Source: Gammaproteobacteria bacterium (GTDB taxonomy: Bacteria; Pseudomonadota; Gammaproteobacteria; UBA4575). From it: DNA of 64,000 nucleotides. The notes below the pieces were generated by a model that had not been told where the DNA came from, searched no databases, and saw only the letters and a program-made list of their open reading frames with translations. Each line of letters starts with the position of its first letter. Position 1 is the first letter of the stretch. The stretch is from contig CBDEUS010000002.1 in NCBI GenBank assembly GCA_965243395.1, positions 1,024,001-1,088,000 of the forward strand. The letters are read 5' to 3'. The translations under genes were made by a program, and so were the position numbers. Shown here piece after piece: positions 41,547 to 51,293 of the stretch.

Positions 41547-41771
41547 ATGGCACATTATTTTCGTAGAAGAAGGTATTGCCGCTTCACTGAAGAAGGTATT
41601 GATGAAGTAGATTATAAAGATATTGCAATCTTGAAGGATTTCATAACTGAAACAGGCAAGATTGTTCCAAGTCGAGTGACAGGTACTAAAGCTAAGTATC
41701 AGCGCCAATTATCTACTGCAATCAAACGTGCACGTTATATTGCGTTATTGCCTTATAGTGACCGCCACTGA
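41547..41771 (+). CDS. rpsR: 30S ribosomal protein S18
   Basis: [31 protein letters not shown]. Confidence 0.98.
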   Translation: MAHYFRRRRYCRFTEEGIDEVDYKDIAILKDFITETGKIVPSRVTGTKAKYQRQLSTAIKRARYIALLPYSDRH

Positions 41772-41933
41772 AATAACTCAATTAATAATTTTGTGTGATT
41801 GAGGAATTTTTTAATGTATTGCCTGAAGCGATGTTTAAGTATTTATCTGGGTATTTTTTGCAATATCATGGTTAATAAATAAGCAAATTTACAACCCAAA
41901 TTTTATTATAATGGATCAAACGAAGAGAACGCT

Positions 41934-42383
41934 ATGGAAGTTATATTATTAACAAAAGTGGATAATCTTGGTGACTTAGGTGAGAAGGTTAAAGTACGCC
42001 CTGGTTATGCGCGAAACTTTTTAATACCAAGTGGTAAAGCAAAGTTTGCTACTGCTGAAAATTTAGCAGAGTTTGAGGCACGTCGTGTCGAACTTGAAAA
42101 AATGGCAGCTGAAACATTAGCAAATGCTGAAGCACGTAAAGCAGAACTGGATGGCACTAAAATCAGTATTACCGCCAAGGCTGTTGGTGAAGGAAAATTA
42201 TTCGGCTCTGTTGGTATGGTGGATATTGTGAATGCCTTAAGTGAAGCAGGTAAAAAAGTTGAAAAGAAAGAAGTACGCCTACCTGATGGTTCTTTTCATC
42301 ATGCTGGAGAATATCAGGTTGATATCCATTTGCACTCTGATGTAAACGCAACGATTAATTTAGAGATTATTGGCGAAGAATAA
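41934..42383 (+). CDS. rplI: 50S ribosomal protein L9
   Basis: MEVILL, VRPGYARNFLIP, GKLFGSV. Confidence 0.98.
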   Translation: MEVILLTKVDNLGDLGEKVKVRPGYARNFLIPSGKAKFATAENLAEFEARRVELEKMAAETLANAEARKAELDGTKISITAKAVGEGKLFGSVGMVDIVNALSEAGKKVEKKEVRLPDGSFHHAGEYQVDIHLHSDVNATINLEIIGEE

Positions 42384-42412
42384 TAAATGTATCGTCATTT
42401 TAGAAAAATCTT

Positions 42413-43942
42413 GTGGCTGAGCTAACTACGATAGGAACAGAATTTGGGGCCACAAATACGGAAAGCCTACGCACGCCACCTTATTCCTTGGAAGCTGAAC
42501 AAGCTGTAATTGGTGGATTAATTCTCGATAACTCAACCTGGGATCAGGTTGCAGATCGAATCAATGAAAATGACTTTCATTTGTTTCAACATCGATTGAT
42601 TTTCAGATCAATCGATGAATTGATTGAAAAACAACAACCATTTGACGTTCTTACGCTTTCTGATTTATTACGTCAGAAAGATGAAATTGCAGATACCAAT
42701 ATTCTGGCTTATCTCGGCACACTCGCGAATGACACTCCGAGTGCTGCAAACATTCGTGCTTATGCGGATATCGTTCGTGAAAAATCAATTCTAAGACAGC
42801 TAGTAACGGCTGGAAATGAGATAGCATCTAGTGGTTTGTCACCGGATGGTCGTGATGTAAATGAATTATTGGACGAAGCTGAAAAAAAGGTTTTTCAAAT
42901 TTCTGATCACAGTGTTCATACTGACCAAGGTCCTCAAAACATAAAGTCATTGCTTAAAACGACTGTTGAACAAATTGATGAGTTATTTGAGCGTGGTGAT
43001 CATATTACCGGCTTGCCCAGCGGCTATGACGAATTTGATGAAAAAACTGCAGGTTTGCAAAATGGTGAATTGATTATTGTTGCAGGTCGCCCATCAATGG
43101 GTAAGACCAGTTTTGCAATGAATATAGTTGAATACGCTGCATTAAGAAGCAATGCTTCAGTTGCAATTTTCAGTATGGAAATGCCCGGCCGTGCGCTCAC
43201 GATGCGTATGTTGTCTTCTATGGGGCGTATTGATGCACAAAGAATTCGAACTGGTAAGTTAACCGATGACGACTGGCCGCGTTTAACCAGTGCGGTGTCA
43301 ATGTTGTCTGAGTCTAATTTATTCATCGATGATACCGCTGCACTTTCTCCTACTGAACTGCGTGCGCGTGCACGAAGACTAAAACGCGAGCATGGTTTAT
43401 CTTTAATTGTGGTGGATTACTTACAGCTCATGCAGGTAAGTGGTACTACAGAAAATCGAGCAACGGAAATTTCGGAAATATCTCGATCGTTAAAGGCATT
43501 GGCGAAAGAATTAGATCTCCCAATAGTTGCTTTATCGCAGTTAAATCGAAGTTTAGAACAACGCCAAGATAAGCGACCTGTAATGTCAGATCTTCGCGAG
43601 TCGGGTGCGATTGAGCAAGATGCAGATTTAATTGTGTTCATCTATCGCGATGAAGTTTATAACGAAGATTCACCCGATCAAGGTACGGCTGAAATCATCA
43701 TAGCTAAACAGCGCAATGGTCCTATATTTAAATCTAGATTAACCTTCTTAGGCCAATACACACGATTTGAAAATTATGTACCTGAGATTTATACGGGCGG
43801 GGCAATTGCCGGTGAAGGATATTCCAATCCAACTACAGCAGGCCCTGATACTACGATTACTGAGTCGGGTTTTACTGAACAAAAATTTTCAGATAAGGAT
43901 TTTACTAACAGCGATTTTCCTGACGAATTTGATGATGATTAG
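42413..43942 (+). CDS. dnaB: Replicative DNA helicase with acidic C-terminal extension
   Basis: EAEQAVIGG, AGRPSMGKT, VDYLQL, SDLRESGAIEQDAD, KQRNGP; no intein. Confidence 0.98.
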   Translation: MAELTTIGTEFGATNTESLRTPPYSLEAEQAVIGGLILDNSTWDQVADRINENDFHLFQHRLIFRSIDELIEKQQPFDVLTLSDLLRQKDEIADTNILAYLGTLANDTPSAANIRAYADIVREKSILRQLVTAGNEIASSGLSPDGRDVNELLDEAEKKVFQISDHSVHTDQGPQNIKSLLKTTVEQIDELFERGDHITGLPSGYDEFDEKTAGLQNGELIIVAGRPSMGKTSFAMNIVEYAALRSNASVAIFSMEMPGRALTMRMLSSMGRIDAQRIRTGKLTDDDWPRLTSAVSMLSESNLFIDDTAALSPTELRARARRLKREHGLSLIVVDYLQLMQVSGTTENRATEISEISRSLKALAKELDLPIVALSQLNRSLEQRQDKRPVMSDLRESGAIEQDADLIVFIYRDEVYNEDSPDQGTAEIIIAKQRNGPIFKSRLTFLGQYTRFENYVPEIYTGGAIAGEGYSNPTTAGPDTTITESGFTEQKFSDKDFTNSDFPDEFDDD

Positions 43943-43981
43943 AAAGATTCTGTATCAAAGCTGTTACTATGAGTTGATTAC

Positions 43982-45058
43982 ATGAAGCGTGCAGCGTTCG
44001 CGCGTATTAACTTTTCCCACCTTAAACATAATCTCGCAACCATACGAAAGATTGCGAATCAATCAAAAATCATGGCGGTTGTCAAAGCAGATGCTTATGG
44101 CCATGGCATGTTAGAAGTATGTCAAAGTCTTGGTGATGCAGATGCCTTTGCGGTTGCATATGTAAATGAAGCGATGGAATTGCGTGAAAATGGTATTCAG
44201 AAACCTTTAGTGGCTTTGCAGGGCTTTAGTGATTCAGAAGATTTACATAATGCAATTGCACAAAAAATTGATGTAGTTATTCATCATGAAGAGCAATTAA
44301 AAATTCTAAAAACACTTTCTACCGTAGCGGAATTGGATGTATTTATAAAAGTTGATACTGGCATGCATCGTTTAGGATTTGCTGTAGAAGAATTTCCAAA
44401 TGTATTAAAACAAGTGCAATCACTGCTTAATGATGATTCGAAAATTAGATGCATGACACATCTGGCATGTGCAGATGAAATTAACAATTCTGCAACCACG
44501 CAACAACTTGAGCGATTTGATTTTGTTGTTAAAAATAATACTTATAAACAAACCATTGCCAATACTGCTGCTATTTTAGCTTGGCCAGAAAGCCATCGAG
44601 ACTGGGTTCGTCCAGGCATAGCTCTATATGGTGTTAATCCAATTGAGCCACAGTACAGGACAGATTTATTAGATTTGCGCGCGGTGATGAGTCTCCATGC
44701 GCCATTGATTTCAATAAAAAGCTGTAAAAAAGGTGAGAAAATTGGCTATGGAGGCGATTTTTGTTGCCCTAATGATATGCTCATAGGCATCATAGCAATT
44801 GGCTATGCAGATGGTTATCCACGGCATTTGCGAAATGCGCCTAATGTTTTAATTGGTTCAAAACTGGCGCCTATTGTGGGGCGAGTGTCGATGGATATGA
44901 TTGCGGTAGATCTTGCAGGAGTAGAGACACATATTGGAGCGATAGCTGAACTATGGGGCGAGTCTGTTTCTGTTGAAGAAGTTGCGAAACATGCTGAAAC
45001 CATAAGTTATGAATTGTTGTGCGCTGCAGGCAATGCTGTAGAGAAGAAATACATTTAA
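43982..45058 (+). CDS. alr: Alanine racemase
   Basis: AVVKADAYGHG, DTGMHRLG, GYADG, GRVSMD; follows dnaB. Confidence 0.96.
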   Translation: MKRAAFARINFSHLKHNLATIRKIANQSKIMAVVKADAYGHGMLEVCQSLGDADAFAVAYVNEAMELRENGIQKPLVALQGFSDSEDLHNAIAQKIDVVIHHEEQLKILKTLSTVAELDVFIKVDTGMHRLGFAVEEFPNVLKQVQSLLNDDSKIRCMTHLACADEINNSATTQQLERFDFVVKNNTYKQTIANTAAILAWPESHRDWVRPGIALYGVNPIEPQYRTDLLDLRAVMSLHAPLISIKSCKKGEKIGYGGDFCCPNDMLIGIIAIGYADGYPRHLRNAPNVLIGSKLAPIVGRVSMDMIAVDLAGVETHIGAIAELWGESVSVEEVAKHAETISYELLCAAGNAVEKKYI

Positions 45059-45073
45059 TAATGGCGGTGTGAT

Positions 45074-46738
45074 ATGGAAAAAGTTTGGTTAAAAAGCTAT
45101 CCAGAAGGCGTTCCAGAGTTTGCTGAATTAGGTCAGTATAATTCGTTAGCGCATATGTTTGATGAATGCGCAGAGCGTCACAGTCATTTGCCCGCGTTTA
45201 CAAACATGGGTGCAACATTGAGTTTTTCTGAGCTCAACATTGAGAGTTATAACTTTGCGGCATATTTACAGTCTGAATTGGGTTGTAAAAAAGGTGATCG
45301 CGTTTCGATTATGCTTCCCAACATTTTGCAGTTTCCGGTGGCACTTTATGGAGTATTGCGTGCTGGTTGTGTGGCAGTAGATGTAAACCCTCTTTACACC
45401 TCAAGGGAACTAGGTCATTACCTAAAAGATTCGGGTGCAAAAGTCATTGTTATTTTAGAAAATTTTGCTGATGTATTGGCAGAAATTATTCATGAAACGG
45501 ATGTTGAGCATGTGATACTCGCTCGAGTAGGCGATATGCTTGGTTTTCCAAAATCACTATTGGTAAATTTTGTTCTTAAATACGTACAGAAAAAAATTCC
45601 CAGTTACTCGCTTGATAAAGTCATCCCATTTAATGAAGTTTTAGCAGTTGGTCAGCAACGACAACTAGTAAAACCTGAAATCACACGTGATGATCTGGCG
45701 TTTTTGCAATTTACAGGTGGAACCACCGGTTTGGCAAAAGGCGCGATGTTGTCGCATGGAAACTTATTGTCCAATGTTGCCCAGGCAGGAACTTTTTTTA
45801 GCCCTATATTAGAAGAAGGCACAGAGACGGTTATTACTGCGTTACCGCTTTACCACATCTTTTCATTAACTGCGAATTGCTTTTTGTTTACAAAAATTGG
45901 TGGACTAAATTACTTAATAACTAACCCCCGTGATATGAAAGGCTTTGTTAAAGAATTAAGTAAAGTTAAATTTTCTGTAATCACAGGAGTGAATACATTA
46001 TTTAATGGCTTACTTAACACTGATGGATTTTCTGAATTAGATTTCTCAAATCTAAAGGTCACTTTGGGTGGAGGTATGGCGGTGCAAGAATCAGTGGCAA
46101 CAGAGTGGCATGAAACAACAGGATGTGTATTGGCTGAAGCTTATGGCTTAACTGAGGCTTCTCCCGCGGTGACTATGAACCCCTATAACTTGAAAGAATA
46201 CAATGGCACCATTGGCTTACCCATACCAAATACTGAAATTTCGATTCAAGATGATGATGGTAATCATCTTGGTATTGAAGAAGCCGGCGAGCTCTGTGTA
46301 CGTGGTCCACAAGTCATGCAAGGATATTGGAATCGACCCGAGGAAACTAAAAATACTATTAGTGAAGACGGTTGGTTAAAAACCGGTGATATCGCGATGG
46401 TGTCGGAAGAAGGGTTTGTGCGTATCGTTGATCGCAAAAAAGATATGATTTTAGTTTCAGGCTTCAATGTGTATCCAAATGAAATTGAAAATGTAGTGCA
46501 ATCACATTCAGGTGTTCTAGAAGTGGCTGCGGTTGGAGTCGATGATGAAGAATCTGGTGAAGTGGTAAAATTATTTATTGTCAAAAAAGACCCTGCGTTG
46601 ACCGAAGATGATATTTTGGATTATTGCAAGGACCGCCTCACACGATATAAGTGGCCTAAATACATAGAATTCCGCGATGAGCTACCCAAGACAAATGTCG
46701 GGAAAATTTTACGCCGTGCATTGAGGGACGGTGAATAG
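45074..46738 (+). CDS. fadD: Long-chain fatty acid-CoA ligase
   Basis: WLKSYP, LQFTGGTTGLAKG, AYGLTE, TGDIA, LPKTNVGK. Confidence 0.92.
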   Translation: MEKVWLKSYPEGVPEFAELGQYNSLAHMFDECAERHSHLPAFTNMGATLSFSELNIESYNFAAYLQSELGCKKGDRVSIMLPNILQFPVALYGVLRAGCVAVDVNPLYTSRELGHYLKDSGAKVIVILENFADVLAEIIHETDVEHVILARVGDMLGFPKSLLVNFVLKYVQKKIPSYSLDKVIPFNEVLAVGQQRQLVKPEITRDDLAFLQFTGGTTGLAKGAMLSHGNLLSNVAQAGTFFSPILEEGTETVITALPLYHIFSLTANCFLFTKIGGLNYLITNPRDMKGFVKELSKVKFSVITGVNTLFNGLLNTDGFSELDFSNLKVTLGGGMAVQESVATEWHETTGCVLAEAYGLTEASPAVTMNPYNLKEYNGTIGLPIPNTEISIQDDDGNHLGIEEAGELCVRGPQVMQGYWNRPEETKNTISEDGWLKTGDIAMVSEEGFVRIVDRKKDMILVSGFNVYPNEIENVVQSHSGVLEVAAVGVDDEESGEVVKLFIVKKDPALTEDDILDYCKDRLTRYKWPKYIEFRDELPKTNVGKILRRALRDGE

Positions 46739-46951
46739 CTGATAATTCCTAATTATCAAATAACGCTCTGAGTGTATGTGAATTTATCCTCTGGTCTGGC
46801 ATCGATTGGCTAAAAAAATCCCAAAAAAATATATGGAATTTATAAAAAGTGTGACGTAGTTACGTTGATCAAATGACAATAATTCGTGACTATAGGAAGT
46901 CTAAATTTCTAATAAGCCTCATTAGAGGGCTGGCTTTGGAGTTGGCGATAC

Positions 46952-47449
46952 GTGAAGTCATACGAACAATCTGAGGATTCAGTGAGCGATGCTCAGCTTG
47001 CATTAGAACGTCGGGACCGTAGTGACCGGCGTAGACCTTCGTTTAAAGGGTTTATCTATGGGCTCTTCTTGGCCAGGCGCCGTGGCCCAAGACGTGCAGA
47101 AAACTTATATCAATATAGCGACTGGTATGACGTAAAGTTACTCGTCTTATCTTTGAGCTTACTGCTGCTTTCTTGTCTAGATGCTGCTATGACTATGAAG
47201 TTATTGTCACTAGGGGCTGTGGAACTAAACCCTATTATGAATGAACTGATTAATCAGGGTACGCGCTATTTTATTTGGATTAAAATTGCAGTGACAGCAT
47301 TATGTATAGTAGTGCTGGTAGCACACAACCGCATTAAGTTATTTAATTTTTTGCGTGTGGATGTAATATTAATTACTGCGGTTTTTATTTATCTTGGATT
47401 AGTGACCTACGAGTTTTACCTTTATACTTTAGGTGTTCCTGCAGCTTAA
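46952..47449 (+). CDS. DUF5658-like membrane protein with Arg-rich N-terminus
   Basis: ERRDRSDRR...RRRGPRR, then TM segments with LSCLDAAMT..LL..GAVELNPIM; GGAG RBS, GTG start. Confidence 0.75.
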   Translation: MKSYEQSEDSVSDAQLALERRDRSDRRRPSFKGFIYGLFLARRRGPRRAENLYQYSDWYDVKLLVLSLSLLLLSCLDAAMTMKLLSLGAVELNPIMNELINQGTRYFIWIKIAVTALCIVVLVAHNRIKLFNFLRVDVILITAVFIYLGLVTYEFYLYTLGVPAA

Positions 47450-47802
47450 TTAAGCGATTGAATTAGGCTCTCGTTTGGATCTTGGCGAATCTTTCTTAAT
47501 TCTCTTTGCCACAGTTTTATATTTTTAGGACTTATTCCTTTTTCAACACTGTCTAACCATTGGTCATGGCAGTTCATGACAAGTTCTAAACCTTCATCGG
47601 TAAAATCCGAAACTTTGATTTCCAGTGAATGCCAATCTTCAATAGTCTTAGGAATATTGCATTTGTATAAATTGCTTTCTAGCAAAAAACCTAAGAGTGG
47701 TTCATATCTTAATTTGAACTTTTCGATGACTTCCAGTCTTGCTGTGTCGTCCATTTCTTCGTGTATGTACCATTTGCACGCATCAATTGTAAATTCTTTC
47801 AT
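47446..47802 (-). CDS. Hypothetical protein
   Basis: 118-aa ORF with GGA-containing RBS; stop overlaps the convergent gene (TTAA). Confidence 0.72.
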   Translation of the reverse strand: MKEFTIDACKWYIHEEMDDTARLEVIEKFKLRYEPLLGFLLESNLYKCNIPKTIEDWHSLEIKVSDFTDEGLELVMNCHDQWLDSVEKGISPKNIKLWQRELRKIRQDPNESLIQSLN

Positions 47803-47979
47803 CGCGCATCCTTTCCGTTAGAGGTTCATATCCATATACTTTTTTTATGTTCAGAAATCATATTTCGTTAAAACCCGTATTGTTGTTCAATTTATCTTGA
47901 GCATACAAACTTTATTTATTCATATCGTCTGGATTTGTTAACCACTTATCCTAATTGCTTGTAACAAATTGTTAACAAT

Positions 47980-48678
47980 CTAAACTTCAACAATCACAGC
48001 ATTGAAGTACTGGGCATATACTTCTAAAGCACGATCTTTTGCTAAGCCTAGGTGGTCTGCAAGAGCCAAATCCATACCGCGAAAGCTAGTTTCAAAATCA
48101 GTAGAGTTTTTTTCACCTTTCGTATAAAAGGGAGACTCTTTACTATTAAGTAAAAATATTTTTGCAATAGACTGTTCGATGGGTATGTCTAATGATACAT
48201 ATTGTATATCGGAGTAATGCTGCTTCGTATGTTCCCTGGCTGCTATAGAAATATCATCAAAGCGTGCGGTTAATGCAAATGCTTGTTTGCGATCTAGCCA
48301 AGTTTCGATATGTTTACTTTGAATTTCTAGTATTCTTTCTGCATGTACACTACCAAGCTCACTGATTGCATAAACAAAAAAGATATAAAGTTGGTAAAGT
48401 TTAATTGCATTAGTAAAAACAGGTACAAAAGATTTTGGTGTTTGATGATCTTCTTGAACGGTGTAGCTAAATGGACTTAGATTTTTAAGTAATAAATGCA
48501 ACGGATAAAATGCAACACTCTCTATGGTTCTAACTTCGTTACCTGCATCTACATCTTGATCGATATGATATTCTTGGAGACTTAAACGCGCAGTAGATTT
48601 TCGATTCGCTACTTCATTGGCTGTTAAACCCCATAAGTCAGGAAAATCTGTTGAATCGATTAATTGCGTCTGACTCAA
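47980..48678 (-). CDS. Hypothetical protein
   Basis: 232-aa ORF; GGGAGG RBS before a TTG start; no recognised motif. Confidence 0.75.
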   Translation of the reverse strand: MSQTQLIDSTDFPDLWGLTANEVANRKSTARLSLQEYHIDQDVDAGNEVRTIESVAFYPLHLLLKNLSPFSYTVQEDHQTPKSFVPVFTNAIKLYQLYIFFVYAISELGSVHAERILEIQSKHIETWLDRKQAFALTARFDDISIAAREHTKQHYSDIQYVSLDIPIEQSIAKIFLLNSKESPFYTKGEKNSTDFETSFRGMDLALADHLGLAKDRALEVYAQYFNAVIVEV

Positions 48679-48869
48679 TGTGATCCTCCCTAACGATAAA
48701 TTCAGTGGAAATACGCATATTAGAGTGGCTTTCTGATTATGCTCTACAAGCTTGAGATCGTCCGTTGCAAAGCCGCGATGGAAGGGTATTGGTTAAGAAT
48801 TTATTAATACAAGATCAGAGCGGGCTTGGCTTTTAGGTAGTTTTCGACATGCTTAATGAGTGCTTTTCT

Positions 48870-48891
48870 AAATGTGATGTAGTCCACACTT
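48870..48891. promoter_or_regulatory. CRP-type binding site candidate
   Basis: AAATGTGATGTAGTCCACACTT versus consensus AAATGTGA-N6-TCACATTT (one mismatch in the 10 core bases). Confidence 0.55.
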
Positions 48892-49439
48892 AGGTGCTGA
48901 TTGCACAAATATAACTTTGCTTCTGTTGAATGCTGATGCTTGTGCGAAACTGGTTAAATCCTTATCCGGCAGAAATTAAATTAGGCTTGTTGTATTCCAA
49001 ATGCCATGCAATTTGAATCCAGTGCTTCAGATAGGCTGGTTATCATTTCATATCTGCTATCGTCGAAATTTAGCTAATAAGCTACCGTTCATCTGAGGGA
49101 AAATTGCGTTGATTTATGGAAAATGTATGAAATAAAGTAAAAAATACTGCAACTCATCGGCTCTATTGAAGGTGTGGTAGTGTAATTTGAGCCAGACTAC
49201 TCAGAGTTAGCTGTGAATGAATTAAAATTGTCTGCCAACTTACTTGATGATGTTAAGGATTTAGAATCTCTAAAGCATAGCTGGCGATAACTTCGGGCTT
49301 GGGATATTAGGATTTGCTGATATAGTAGGAATTGCTTGAGTATAGAGCGAAATTGATAGAATTCTAGTCTGTCTTTCATGATACTGAGAATAGATTGAGG
49401 TTTTGTTTAAATTAAATTGTTTCCATTTAATTGTAATTT

Positions 49440-51293
49440 ATGACTAGTTCAAATATTGAAACATTAACGTCTTTATATCGAAGGCTTGGGATTGTTGTGT
49501 TAGAGCAGCGACAAGATAAAAGCCTTTGGTTGATTTCACCGATGCCTGATTGGTTTCCTATGTTAGCTGAGCTAAACGAAGATGCTAAAGAAGGTCAGGT
49601 AAGAGCCCTCAAATCGAATGTTTTAAATTCTTTCATTGAAAAAGATGTTCAAAACATGTGGTCCAGTGGACAAGAAAGAAATGTATCGTCCATATGGATT
49701 GAGTTAGATTCAGAAGAAAATAGTATACCCCTCCAAGCAACTGCTTTGCGTCAAGTGGACAGCATGCTAGTCATTATTGAACATGTACCTAATGCGTATG
49801 AAGCGAAGCAATCTCAAGCAAAACAAATGCGTGAAAACGATTTGCTTAAAGAATTGTTGGAAGACAAGAAAGCTGAACAGGCTCAAAAAATTGCCTCACG
49901 TGAGACAGAGTTAGAGCAGGAAATCAGTGAGCGACGTGCTTTAGAAAAACAACTTACTCATTTAGCTTTTCATGATTCGTTAACAGGATTGCCAAATCGA
50001 TCTCTGTTTACAGATCGATTACAAAGATCCATTGCAGAAGCAGAACGTAAAAAAGAATCTGTAGTGGTAATGTTCATAGACTTGGATGACTTTAAAAAAG
50101 TAAATGATTCATTTGGTCATCATGTAGGGGATAAGGTAATTCAAAGCGCAGCATTACGCTTAAAAAAATGCTTACGTGATATTGATTCAATTGCACGTTT
50201 GGGAGGTGATGAGTTCACCTTGCTTGTTCCGCATATTGGCGAACGTGAAGATATTGAAATAATTGCCAGGAGACTAATTGAATCTTTAGATGAGCCGATT
50301 ATCGCCGAGGGTAATGAATTTCGCATGTCAATCAGTATAGGAATTTCAGTTTATCCCAATGATGCCAGCAACGAAGACAATTTATTGCGCAATGCTGATA
50401 CCGCTATGTATTTCGCGAAACATACCCGCGGCCCAAGCTTCAGATTTTATGAGGCGGATATGGGTACTTCACCCTCTAAACGTTTGGCATTAGTTTCTGA
50501 TATTGAATTGGCATTACAACAAAAAGAATTTTTCTTGGTATATCAGCCTATCGTCAATGTCCAGAGTATGGAGGTGATGGGCGCTGAGGCCTTATTACGC
50601 TGGCGACGTTCTGATGGTGAAATTGTAGAACCAGATCGTTTTGTGCCATTGGCTTGTGAATCGGAACTGATCGTTAAAATTGGTTTATGGGTGATCAATC
50701 AGAGTTGTAATCAACTTAGGAACTGGCGTGGTATTTACGGTGATAAATTTAGAATGGTTATAAATTTATCTTTGCGTGAGCTGGAATCTAAAAAGTGCAA
50801 AGACACTTTACGCGAGCAGATGGAAAACATGAATTTGCCTCCAGGTTCATTGGAAGTGGAGATTACTGACTCAGCACCTATAGATAACTCAAACATAATG
50901 CAAACACATGTTGATTTTCTAAAAAGCTTACATGTGTCAACCGCTATTGATCGCTTTGGTGATCGTCAAACTTCATTAAAGTCAATCAAATCTCTTGGGT
51001 TACATTCTATAAAAATAGATCGCTATTTTGTAAAAGGTATTGAATCTGACCAGGATAGTTATGACGTGTTTAGCGGTATTGTAAAACTAAGCTTATCTTT
51101 ATCGGATAATGTGCTTGTAGAGGGAATCGAGACTAAAGAACAGTTAGATATAATTCAAAATATGGATGTTAAAGAAGCGCAAGGCTTCTTTTTCACACAG
51201 CCATTAGAATCACACTTTTTTGATCAGTGGATGAAAGAGTTTGATAAGAAACAAAAAACCCAGCTTAAACTTGTAAAGCAAAAGAAAGCCTAG
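49440..51293 (+). CDS. GGDEF-EAL protein (intact GGDEF and I-site, degenerate EAL)
   Basis: HDSLTGLPNR, DLDDFKKVND, RDID-SIARL-GGDEF; EAL present but EITDS and DRFGDRQTS replace EITES and DDFGTGYSS. Confidence 0.92.
   Translation: MTSSNIETLTSLYRRLGIVVLEQRQDKSLWLISPMPDWFPMLAELNEDAKEGQVRALKSNVLNSFIEKDVQNMWSSGQERNVSSIWIELDSEENSIPLQATALRQVDSMLVIIEHVPNAYEAKQSQAKQMRENDLLKELLEDKKAEQAQKIASRETELEQEISERRALEKQLTHLAFHDSLTGLPNRSLFTDRLQRSIAEAERKKESVVVMFIDLDDFKKVNDSFGHHVGDKVIQSAALRLKKCLRDIDSIARLGGDEFTLLVPHIGEREDIEIIARRLIESLDEPIIAEGNEFRMSISIGISVYPNDASNEDNLLRNADTAMYFAKHTRGPSFRFYEADMGTSPSKRLALVSDIELALQQKEFFLVYQPIVNVQSMEVMGAEALLRWRRSDGEIVEPDRFVPLACESELIVKIGLWVINQSCNQLRNWRGIYGDKFRMVINLSLRELESKKCKDTLREQMENMNLPPGSLEVEITDSAPIDNSNIMQTHVDFLKSLHVSTAIDRFGDRQTSLKSIKSLGLHSIKIDRYFVKGIESDQDSYDVFSGIVKLSLSLSDNVLVEGIETKEQLDIIQNMDVKEAQGFFFTQPLESHFFDQWMKEFDKKQKTQLKLVKQKKA

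Noticed and set aside
42413-43942. Intein in DnaB
   Set aside because: All helicase motifs are contiguous; the extra length is a C-terminal tail.
49197-49379. 60-aa minus-strand ORF
   Set aside because: No RBS or recognisable motif; not supportable as a gene from sequence alone.
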